From assembly GCA_964016885.1 (NCBI GenBank), contig OZ024740.1:43276001-43340000 (forward strand): 64,000 nt of DNA. Reading direction: 5' to 3'. The DNA is from Eledone cirrhosa (lineage: Eukaryota). A program made the position numbers and the translations under genes. The notes beneath the pieces are model-generated. The model was not told the origin of the DNA. It saw only the letters and a program-made list of their open reading frames with translations, and made no database searches. How positions within the stretch are numbered: the first letter of the stretch is position 1; the number at the start of each line of letters is the position of its first letter. This document shows positions 52,625 to 64,000 of the stretch, in pieces.

Positions 52625-53222
52625 ATGGCAAAGGTGATAAAACTACTACTACTACTACTACTACTACTGCCACTGTTGCTGTTACTGTTGCTGCTGCTGT
52701 TGCTACTGCTGCTGCTGCTGTTGCTACTGCTACTGCTGCTGTTTTTTTTGTTTTTTTTTCTTACCGCAGGCGCCTGAGGATTACCCTCAGTAGCGCTCGA
52801 CAGGCGTGTGGGAGACGCACGAGTTCATCCATGCTGGACCCGAGTTGGTGGTGTTAACATTCCACCATCAAGGCCGGACATCTCATCCAATAATGTTTGG
52901 AGGATTCTTCTTCCTCTCCGCACAGACGGCATGTGTTTATTTCCTCTTGGCCGATCATATGGAGCCATCTCCTTAATGACGTGTGATATCCACTGCGGAA
53001 GCGGACGAGATGGTTCCTATCTGCTTTGAAGAGAATTTGCTCACTCTCTTTATTTGGATGGCGGCTAAAGACTGACTGTAGACGTTGATGCTGGATCGGT
53101 GGTGGGCGAAATTCCGGCGAATGACGGCGCGTTGGGTGGCGGCATCGATTGAACATTCCAGTTGAGTAGATGCTGAGCCTTGTTTCGCCTGGGCGTCCGC
53201 CAGTTCATTCCCTTCATTGCTG
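52625..53222 (-). mobile_element. 3' fragment of an RNase H-containing LINE (I/Ingi/Nimb-like)
   Basis: EGNELADAQAK (RNase H C-terminus), VRFRSGYH and CRLCGEEEESSKHYWMRC; trinucleotide tracts on both sides. Confidence 0.7.
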
Positions 53223-53225
53223 TTG

Positions 53226-53299
<74 letters not shown>

Positions 53300-53879
53300 G
53301 CTGCGCTGCTGCTGCTGCTGCAAGTATCACGACATATTGCCTTTATTGTGAAAATGCTTCTTAATAACAACTTTGAACATTTATTTTTGAGGAGACCCAA
53401 AAAAACTCCTGCTAGAATAATTCCATTTCTTCTTTCAATTCTTCATCTTTTCTCTTACAAATCGTTTTATCCATGAAAAATTAAGCTATATCTTATCACT
53501 TGAAATTTAATCGATATTTCTCAAATATGTCACAAGGAATATCTCAATGGAATTTGTTTTACCTGAATGAACCATCATTTTTATGGTTCTGGCGTTTGTA
53601 ACGATTCCAAATTAATAAATAGATAATTGCAACAATTAACTAAATAAAAGGGAATAATAAAAAAAAAAGGATTTTTCACCGTTTATTTAGTTATATTCCA
53701 ATTGAAAGAAAACCGATATATTGCTAGAGATTAATAGAAACTGACTTACTCATTCGTTAAATTGAATACTCGTGATTCCAATATGAACATTTGAATGTTT
53801 GATCGAAGTTTCTGGAGAGGAATATTTTGTCACATATTGTGAATCTTTACAAAATTTTTATTTTTAACTCATATATTTT

Positions 53880-54090
53880 AAACTCTGAGCGAAGTGAAAA
53901 TAGTTCAGTAAATGTTGTTCGGAACAAGCGAGTTCTTGGCTTCCTGACAACATCTCTACTCATTATTAACGGGCCAGATTTGGAAATTCGAAGGAGCGAA
54001 TCCTGCAAATTGGAATGGCTATTCCAAAGTGTCTCCCTAGCCAACTTATGGTACAACTCATTCTCCATCATATCATTTGGGTAGTGATGC
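53880..54090 (-). mobile_element. Possible mariner transposase C-terminal remnant
   Basis: TLE*PFQFAGFAPSNF resembles HPPYSPDLAPSDF; very degraded. Confidence 0.3.
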
Positions 54091-56953
54091 TGAATTATAC
54101 AGATTCAAAGACAAGGTAATAGTGAGTAGAGAAAATAGTTTTTATAAGGGAAGTGATATTGCCCATGAAGAAGTATTTCAATTAAAAATCCTTGACTGAT
54201 AAGATCGATAGTTTTGGATATTCAGTTTAAATTTATGTATAGTAATTTTTTTCTGAACACTTTTTGAAATTGTCAATAATCTTTGCAATAATATTTTGTG
54301 TCTATCATATTTTGTTCAGTTTGAAGGGATTCAAACCTTGCATTACTGATTAATATTTTGACGTTCTAGGCTCACTGAACGTCTTCACTTTTCTTATTAG
54401 TGTATGATGAAAAGTTTATACGAAACCGCATACTGACTTATACCTCATCAGTTAACTGATACAATATTTATCAAAGCGACCATTGCAACAGCTGTTACTT
54501 CCATAAATCTGAAATTAATTAATGTCGGTGATTTCTCAAAATTGAAAGCATATTTAGTGATATTGAACATTTAACACCGTTGCTTTCATGACTTGCCCTC
54601 TCCATTAATATTCCAAAGAAAAATCGAAACCTATTGATAGTTGCATTTTCAGAGAATTTTCTATATTTATTGAAACCTTGACAATAGATAATATATTGGC
54701 ATTGGTTTGATGTACGCGTTTTACTCAGTAATGACAAAAACCCATGATTCTCTTCATATACGTAGGGGTGATCATGTTGTACTTGATAGAATGTTAGACT
54801 ATACACACTCTTGCCAAAAAGGAGTCTCTGTGCGATCTCCTGACATGCAGAGAATAGTTAGCTGTAAGATAACTGTGAAATCACATTCAAGTGTTTCTTG
54901 TTATGAACTGAAAGTTATCTAATACTTACAAATCGACATAATGATGTATGCAGAATAAAATATTCTACAGAAATACAACACAGCCGATAATGATTGACGT
55001 CAAATCATCAGCTGCTTTTCATTATTTTTAGACCATTAACTTGATATACAATAGAAGACACTGAATTGATTTTCAAGTATATGTTGTAATTATATGAAAC
55101 CTATTCCTTTTCTGACACAACCGAAGATTTCATATGGATTCATAGATTTGAGGAACAATGTTTGGAATATTTTCATCTGAACTTTCTATAGACACACATT
55201 AGTGCAATACACAATGATTGTTAACCATAATGCATATAATTAATCGTGGAATTCCACTATGTGAAAGGTAAACATTGTTTACAACAATAACATCTAATTA
55301 ATATTGTTAACGTCATACTCTTAGCTTACAGCTATCAATTACAGAAAATACAAATGGCCATGACATTTTCATGACAGCCTATCCGTTAACGCAGCAACAG
55401 CACGATATAATTATAATGAATGTTTCGTTATCTGAAAGGCAGTGAAAGTAGCCATATTCGTCGATAAATATAAGCTGAACTACTGTTCTATTCCTCCACT
55501 CAAACCTGAGAATGTGTATAACTATTAAACGAATTGCACCCTCAACCAGCATCCTAATGTTACCTACGACAAGGCAACAATAAACCAATTGATTGTAATC
55601 ATATAATGGTGCAATTTATTAACGCAGCAATTTGCAATTGGAAATATGTATTAAAAAAATAGTTGGTAGTTTGATTGGAAAATCGTAGTTTTACCTAATC
55701 CAGAACACCACTATCCACGACAACCTCCATGTTATACACCTTATAGAAGAGACATAATGAATCTGGCGTCGGTGCGACTCCGATAAACTTGCATCATTCG
55801 ATCGAGTCCACCAACAATACAAAGAAGCTGATCTCCGGCTAGGCCGTTTCGGTCTTGTTATCAGATGATGTGCTCGCTGGTTAGAAAAAAATACCCATCT
55901 CTCGAAACTGTTTCGAATTCCTCTTTCAGTACGGAAAGGTTATACACCCTCATACATTCTGTATGCTCTGGTTTTGAAATTTCTGCTGCGGAACCAGGCT
56001 ATATTATAGATAATCTAAGGAATCCTTAAACTGTCAATTCTATTAGTTCGAGAGAACTGCTACAGAGAGATGTATCAATTAAGTCTGGTCAATATAGATG
56101 CTGATCAACGAAACCGTTTTATACGCTGTCATTCAGTGACTGAGCATTACTGGCATGTTGAACGGATCTTGTTGTCGGCCTATACTTTCGTGAATATCAC
56201 CCCACTGCCTTTCTTTGATCGGGAAGAGCAGATTAATTCATTATTTTAACTTTCATCTTCAACTCACTACCCTCCATTTGTGTGATAAATAATCAACTAC
56301 TATATAGTTACGTGTTGTAGCCAACCGAGTAACGAGCCAAAATGGTATGTTTGCTTTTAATCCACCAATGAATCACAAACGAACCTCACCACTTTCACTT
56401 TTAACTTGCTGAAAACAACAAACATATTACCTTAACAACAGGTCACCACACTACAAAAACAATAATAAACACACCACTACCTCACAAACAATCAGAAACA
56501 CATTACCATACTACAAACATGTCATCACACCATAAGATCATCACAAACAGCACCACACTATAAATGCATCACAACACCACAGCGCAAACTCTAACTAACA
56601 CACCACCACTCCACAAGCAATACCAAATACACTACCACCTACAATATCAAACACATTACGACACCACAAACACTATTAACGTAATCGAGAAAAGAACATT
56701 ACACAATGTAATTCTAGTTGTTACTAAAATCAAAATATTGCAATGGCTGGAAGGTACTTAATCATATGTTTACTGAATAAAGTATCACCTTGAGCTAAAC
56801 AACAACAATAGCAACAACCATATTTTTATTGAATAACGATTTACCTGGAGCTAAATAACAACAAAACTAATTTATTAAATAAGATATTTACTAAATCTCT
56901 TCCATTTGTCCTTCACACACACGCACGCCCACGGCACAACGCACACACACACA

Positions 56954-57079
<126 letters not shown>

Positions 57080-57306
57080 GAAAGAGAGAGAGAGGGAGAG
57101 AAGAGACAAAGACAGTGAGATAGAGAATAGCTGTAAAATATAACTCCAGTTATATATTGCAAAGTTTTGTTTGTGAAACACCAGGGAAAACAAACATATG
57201 TAAACTTTCTTTTATTTCGCTTTGCTGGTATCATAATCTGTTATGAATATAAGGTTTTTTCGTTCAACAGCCACATATGAATTATAGTTATATTAGCATA
57301 CACTTA

Positions 57307-57355
57307 GAAACGATATGCCAATATTATTTTGAAATGAAACTATTTTTTATGAATG

Positions 57356-57429
<74 letters not shown>

Positions 57430-57478
57430 CATTCATAAAAAATAGTTTCATTTCAAAATAATATTGACATATCGTTTC
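57307..57478. repeat. Inverted repeat centred on a (TA)n tract
   Basis: ~54-bp arms gaaacgatatg..gaatgacaat and attgtcattc..catatcgtttc. Confidence 0.85.
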
Positions 57479-57614
57479 GGACCCACCATATTTATCAATG
57501 CCAGTACCGGTTGTATCTCAGCGCACTCAAAGGGCATGGTAAGATACATTACCAGAGTATACACATAGTTATTTGCCTCAACACAACACACGTAAAACAG
57601 GTGCCTATAAGGTT

Positions 57615-57724
57615 CCCGGACTCGAGTTTCTGCAGCACTAATGCAGCAGTAAGGTGCACTGCACCATCTGTCTGCATATATTATGCAATAATGCACAATC
57701 GGCTTATGCTGCTTCATCAGCGGG
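57615..57724 (-). ncRNA. Hammerhead ribozyme, canonical core, 83-nt helix-II domain
   Basis: cccg-CTGATGA-agcagca...tgctgca-GAAA-ctcgag-TC-cggg. Confidence 0.8.
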
Positions 57725-58164
57725 TATCGCCTAATCAATAACCACTCGATCGACATAATCCAAACACCGGCCCGAGCCGGTCATGACTGTTTGTGACAAC
57801 CGACACGGTAAAGTGATTAACTGGCAACCGATAGGACTCTATCTCTCAACTAGCCACTGATTTACAAATTTTACGTGGGGACGGGAAGCTAAAAAGGATC
57901 AATCTCTCAGCCATATATATATCGGAGAAATGGAAAAAGATGGGTATTGACGTACATGTACGTCAATACTCATCTTTTACCATTTCTCCGAGGGTTCTTA
58001 ACCCCACTATCAGGCTTAATAATTTCTTTAATTTCTTTAGTCAAAATACGGCGATAGCTTATATATATATATATATAGTTTAATAAATGAACAGAGAACA
58101 AAAAACAGAGAGTCAGTACAAATGATATTGGTTTTAGTTTCACGCTTGAGAGTGTGTGAGGGGG

Positions 58165-58197
58165 CGACGTTTTGGGCATAAGCCCTTCATCAGGAGA
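58165..58197 (-). ncRNA. Degenerate minimal hammerhead (G12A)
   Basis: CTGATGA-a gggc ttat gccc-AAAA-cg-TC; helix I not paired. Confidence 0.45.
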
Positions 58198-58955
58198 ACA
58201 GTAGGTAGGAAGAGAGTTTCGAGGGTGTGTGAGGGAGTGGTGGAAAGACATTTAAAAAAGGAGAGGGGGAAGAAAACGGAGGAAAAGCAATTTTGTTTAG
58301 AGAGTAAAGGAAATTTGTTGAAAGTACAAATATATATATATATATATGGTGGCTGCCAACTCGTTTTCGAGTACGGCCACTACTTTATATCCATGTAGGA
58401 GAACCCCTACCGATGCGCTGAACGAGTGTGAATTTTTAGTCCAGCCAGCGACTTGAAAACTCCGGTACAAACACTACACTTGTGACAATTATTGACACAT
58501 AGTGCTGGGCCCATGGTACCATGTGACGACAAGTGCAGAGAGATCTCCAGATATAAAGCAATGCCTGTGCCGTGAAGCTTTTATAGTGAGCAAAGGCACT
58601 GCACAAAGCCAGTCCCACTCTCTTAACCAAGATGATATTTACCAAAAAGAAGAACATGTCAACATCATTGGATACCATCAGGGTTGCAGGTGTTATATCA
58701 GAGTTTTCCTTCTCCTAGAATTCTGCCTTGACAAAGGCTAAGGGGTCATCTCTCCCGGTGATTTTGGATGGCCATTGACTCTTAAGAGCTCCTTTGCCCT
58801 TTGACAGGTTTTGTTTTTAGTCCTGCAGGATGTCCAAAGTCACCCTCCTCACCAAGAAACCTTGGTGGGGTTGCCAGTTTAGTCGCCAACGACCCGACCA
58901 TGAGACAGGTTGTACTGGGATACATGTTACCATTAGCACCAACTGGTGACCTGAC

Positions 58956-58996
<41 letters not shown>

Positions 58997-59004
<8 letters not shown>

Positions 59005-59925
59005 AAAACGGAGTTACAGACTCACATTAATCCCCTATAATTTAATGAGCTCAAGGGTTAGATTCCGGGCTCTTTATAAATCACCATATAAAGAGAAGTA
59101 CACAGAGATATGTGTTCAATTTATAGGGGATCAAAAACCACCAGATTGACAAACATATTAACTACGGAAGGAATAGTGAATACAAATCAATACAAAGAAT
59201 ATATTAAAGTTTACTAATCATCCAATTATAACTGTAACAGCCGGACATGTTCAAATTAGAGTATGCTTCACTATAAAATGTGAAGAATACATATTGTAGA
59301 TAGCTCATCAGCGGATGCCTATCAATACGATCAACGCTTCTAAAAATATATCAAATAACTAATAAAACACGCATGGTATAGAGAAACAACATGTCTATTT
59401 TATAGCCCATGGTGTAATAATTGACCAAAAAACGGCAGCTCAGAACCATTCAACTTAAGAAGCTCTACTTACATATAGAAATGAATTAAGAATCGATATT
59501 TCAAATTTAGAAACGAAGTTAAAGACTCACATTAATCCCCTATAATTTAATGAGCTCAAGGAATATGTAAGTAGAGCTTCAAAAGTTGAATGGTTCTGAG
59601 CTGCTGTTTTTAGGGGTCTTTTGGTCTATTCACACCACGATGGGCTATAAAATACACATGTCATTTCTCTATACCATGCGTGTTTTATTAGTTATCTGAT
59701 ATATTTTTAGAAGTGCTGATTGTATAAATAGACATCCGCTGATGAGCCATCTACAATATGTATTCTTCACATTTTATAGCAAAACATACATTTTTCACTA
59801 TTTATAGCGAAACTCTAATTTGAAAATGTCCGGGTGTCATAGTTATAATTGGATGGTTCGTACACTATAATATATTCTTTTTAATGATTTGTATTCACTA
59901 TTCCTCCCGTAGTTAGTATGTTCGT
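58997..59925 (-). mobile_element. ~505-bp-unit element with terminal redundancy, HHR and 5' inversion
   Basis: gactcacattaatcccctataatttaatgagctcaagg at 59019 and 59524; 59563-59925 is the inverted copy of ~59150-59475. Confidence 0.8.
59731..59838 (+). ncRNA. Hammerhead ribozyme (other-arm copy at ~59236-59319, minus strand)
   Basis: gacatccg-CTGATGA-gc(c/t)at...atagc-GAAA..atg-TC-cgggtgtc; 8-bp helix I. Confidence 0.7.
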
Positions 59926-60216
59926 CACTTAAATCAGAATGGGTGCAGTAAAAAACAGTTAGACTATTACTCACCAGTGTAATAGAGACTTGGGGTTGTG
60001 GAGTGAGTAATATGAAAGATTCGAGATCCCGTAGGCTGAGCTCCAGCAGTTTCAACAGCTAGATCCCAACTCGGATTTAGCCGTTGAAACGGCGAGAGCT
60101 CAGCCGTCGGTTTCCAGAATCTTTCATATATGTATATATATATATATATATATAATATATATATATATAATAATCTGTTATTTTAATAAATATATATATA
60201 CTAATCTGTTATTTTA

Positions 60217-60289
<73 letters not shown>

Positions 60290-60933
60290 TAACAGATTAA
60301 AGTTAAGCAAAGAATCGGTGCTTTCACCCTTAACGGGATCTTCTGAAACTAAAAGAGTCAATATGTGAACGCAAAAGTAAATATTTCAAAAAACGTTGCA
60401 ACCGAAGGAAGACAGGAAGACAATACTCTGGTTCGTGGAAACGTTGAACGAAAAAAAAAGAAGATAATACGTCATTATTTGGCGCGTTGAAAACAATTAC
60501 ACGCAAAGACAAAACCACGTTTATGGTATAAATGAAGTCGTAGACTAATATTCTATTAGGTGGTTCATGGAGACGTTCTCTGACAATGAACGGAAAAAAC
60601 GAAGATAATACGTCATTATTACGTGAGAACAATTACACGCAAAGACAAAACCACGTAAATGGTATAACTGAAGTCGAACACTAAAATTCTATTTAGGAAA
60701 CCGACTGATTCTCGGCTTGACAGTTAAGAATAAAGTGAATTAAATAGAGAGGTAATTGAAATTAAATATATACATACACGCATCCAAATACGTACACACA
60801 CAAGCATACGCGAAAACACTTTCGATGGGTATGCAAATACAAACAGTACACAAAAAAACACGCACCCACATACAGAAACCACGCAAAACCTGTACCCGCA
60901 CACATACGAACGCATACACCAAATACACATAAA

Positions 60934-61017
<84 letters not shown>

Positions 61018-61024
<7 letters not shown>

Positions 61025-62972
61025 AAGTTAAATAAAAAGTCAAATGTTTAAAATTTAGCTTCGTTTACTACTGCTATATATATTTCAGTGACAGCCATCT
61101 TTGGCTGTGACCTCTTCAGGCAGTCCGAATTAGTGAGGTATAGACAAGTACATATGTTGTTGAGGTGTATAATTTTGTCAATACTCTGATATGCCCAGTT
61201 CCTGGTTGGGTTGTTATTTCACTGAGGAACTGGAATCATATGAATTCAAACAAACGAATTTCAGTTTTGAGAGCATTCCTCAGTCAGAAGTCTATAGAAT
61301 TCTTTCTGGGGTCAGGCTCCCTGTAGTGTTTGTGTTTGCTATTGTTAAGTACATTTGACCTCTACCATTATTTCGGTAGTGTTGTTGCTGTTGTGGTCAG
61401 CTTATGTCTTGCTGCTGCTGACAATTTAGAAGTATCTGTGTGTGTTTTTTCTTCATCCCTCCTGCCACCATCTCTCATAGTGGTGGTGGTGGTGTTCACA
61501 TCTTCTTGTGTTGCTACTGTCCATATATCTTGAGGAACGTCCTGGCTCTAAGGTGTCTGCATGTCCCGGGACCTTCCTCAAGATATATGTACAGTAGCAA
61601 CACAAGAAGATGTGAACTCCCCTCAAGCTATAGGGACTTCTACAGAACATGTAGACACCTCTCAGCCAGACCTCGCTCAAGCTATATGGGCAGTAACAAC
61701 ACGCTAGGTTGTGAACTCCCCTCAAGCCATAGGGAACAACCCAGGCTGAGCAGACACCATGATAGCCTAGAGATTGAATCGGACACAGCCATTATAATTT
61801 GGCCAACATCTATATAACCCAAACACATTTTAATTTACTTGATTTCTGATTTTCAAGTTCCAATTTTAAATCTTGATTTCTCTTTATTAATTTGTTATTT
61901 GTTTTCTGTTCTCTTCACTGTATCACCTTATATTTATTTTTAAGTTGAGATTGATCATAACACAAACACATTTTGTTTGATTATCTTATTTTAACATCTT
62001 GTACCTCATACCAATCTATCCAACATATTTCTGACCTTGAGATTGGTTATAGCACACACACATGTTATCCTACTTTATTTGAATCTTCATTTTATTTTTC
62101 ACTTCTCCATATTCATTTTCATTACTTTTTCACCAATTTTTCATTTATTCTTTATTCTTTATTCTCTATTTATTATTTATTTTCTGTTTTCTTCATTTAT
62201 TGCCTTATATTTCTTCATATACATGGAATACCCCCCCCCCCCCACCACCACTATGAGAGATGGTGGCAGGAGGGATGAAGAAAAAACACACACAGATACT
62301 TCTAAATTGTCAGCAGCAGCAAGACATAAGCTGATCACAACACCAACAACACTACCGAAATAATGATAGAGGTCAAATGTACTTAACAATAGCAAACACA
62401 AACACTACAGGGAGCCTCACCCCAGAAAGAATTCTATAGACTTCTGACTGAAGAATGCTCTCAAAACTGACCAATGGGAAGTTGGACCCTTTTTTATGTT
62501 ATTTTGTTCCTTTACGACCTTGTTCCTTCTACCACTTTATCATTGTTTAAAGCTAACTCCAACAATAACAACACTTAGAATGAGGAATGTTCTAACAACT
62601 AACCAATAAGAGGAGAAGAAGCCCTTTGACACTGAAATCCGTTTGTTTGAATTCATATGATTCCAGTTCCTCAGTGAAATAACAACCCAACCAGGAACTG
62701 GGCATATCAGAGTATTGACAAAATTATACACCTCAACAACATATGTACTTGTCTATACCAAACTAATTCGGACTGCCTGAAGAGGTCACAGCCAAAGATG
62801 TCTGTCACTGAAATATATATAGCAGTAATAAATGAAGCTAAATTTTAAACATCTGACTTTTTATTTAACTTTATTTTACATTACTCTGGGGTAGCCAAAC
62901 CAATCTGCGCACCTCGTCGAGTGCTCTAGCCTGCATACTGAGGTGTGGTATACAACCAACATATACTCAAAA

Positions 62973-62975
<3 letters not shown>
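61018..62975 (+). mobile_element. PLE-type 3' region with long 5' inverted copy, between TA tracts
   Basis: 61018-61494 is the reverse complement of 62240-62879, lacking ~165 bp lost at a tcagt microhomology; internal inverted repeat ~61495-61617. Confidence 0.8.
62772..62826 (+). ncRNA. Hammerhead ribozyme (inverted copy at 61070-61124)
   Basis: actgc-CTGAAGA-ggtcacagcca aaga tg(g)ctgtcact-GAAA-tatata-TA-gcagt, then AATAAA. Confidence 0.85.
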
Positions 62976-63035
<60 letters not shown>

Positions 63036-63479
63036 GTGTGTGGGGTGGGAGGGTGAGCGTGTATACATAATTAAATGAACGTATATAAATATACACACGT
63101 AAATACGTATATAACGCGTTCACAAACATACCTACATGTAAATACACATATTTTCGCAGACGTACGTCAACCAACACACAAAGTACACATATACACACAC
63201 CCTACATACGCACGAACCCGCATACTCACACAGACGCAAATCTCACGTATACACAAATCCATATGCGCATGTACCAGTATATATAATATATACGCCATAA
63301 CATATACAAGCAAATATACGTACGAGAAAGTATACGTACCTTCACAAAACATACAGGTAAAATATACTTACCTCTACAAATAAGTAATGGTATAAACATA
63401 ACATATACTTACTTACCACATCAAGATGTAAAATATCCGCGTATAGTTAGTACTATCCGTTAGGGTATAATGTGGGGCT

Positions 63480-64000
63480 CTAATACAGGAAGGTTTTGTG
63501 CAATTTATGTTTACAAGCCGAAATTGCCTCAGATTTTTTGTTTAAGATGTGGTCTTTGGAGTAGAGTATTTCCAGGGCCTCAGCGGCGCAGAGATCACAT
63601 GGTATTTTATTTCCGTTATACGATCTAGCCTTAGCTAGAATCTCCCAGTGTAACTTATATTGGGTCTGGGTGTCCTTTAGACTCCAGATATAAGCTGAAA
63701 GTGACGTCATATTCCTTCTTAAAATGTTAAGAAAAGCATGCATGTAAAGACGCTGCTTGAATTTATTGGCGGTTAACCCTATGTAGGCCCTACGAGACGT
63801 GGGTGTTTCAACCTTACATTTGTAGACAATGTTACTAGAGAGGCCTTTCCGGGATAGGGAGCAATCAACCCGATTCCTACAATTACAGTTAGTACTAGCT
63901 ACAGGGTTGCACGTGTTCCTACGGCTAGGTAATTTACTTTATTTTTAACTCTGAAGGCGAGAATCATTCGGTTTCCTAAATAGAATTTTAGTCTACGACT
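63480..64000 (-). pseudogene. GIY-YIG C-terminus of another Naiad-type PLE (continues beyond the window)
   Basis: CNCRNRVDC, IVYKCKV..AYIGLT, LSAYIWSLK, CDLC and CKH. Confidence 0.85.

Noticed and set aside
58860-58955. Possible HDV-like or twister ribozyme (minus strand gggtcgttggcgactaaactgg, gta-tcccag-tac, ccagt/actgg) in a likely LINE 5' region
   Set aside because: Several sub-helices exist, but I could not build the correct nested double-pseudoknot order by hand; an Infernal scan would settle it.
60440-60700. 140-bp duplication considered as a CRISPR-like array
   Set aside because: Only two diverged copies, no repeat-spacer pattern, and a eukaryotic context.
62471-62635. Segment missing from the inverted arm, considered as a spliced intron
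   Set aside because: No GT-AG in any register; explained by a 5-bp tcagt microhomology.

Overview
This is AT-rich, microsatellite-dense eukaryotic DNA with no recognisable host gene. The SINE fragments suggest a coleoid cephalopod such as Octopus (inference). Almost everything is mobile DNA. (1) A head-to-tail array of three L1/Tx1-like LINEs (4118-14187, minus strand) carries two divergent ORF1s on a near-identical ORF2/3'UTR. (2) Two near-full-length Naiad-type Penelope-like elements (PLEs) are present, with several further PLE fragments. (3) There is a decayed Helitron and a small non-autonomous Helitron. (4) RTE and RNase H-bearing LINE 3' fragments also occur. The main hidden signal is about 15 distinct families of type-I hammerhead ribozyme (HHR) motifs, parsed by hand. 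Most have palindromic helix III; several have 50-107 nt helix-II domains; some carry U3-A8 or U4C core variants. Three ORF-less families consist of ~470-505 bp units with one HHR per unit, present as more than one unit, ending in (TA)n and mostly with a 5' inversion. These are candidate circular-RNA retrozymes mobilised by PLE machinery. Coordinates were read by eye (+/- a few nt); no searches or folding programs were run.
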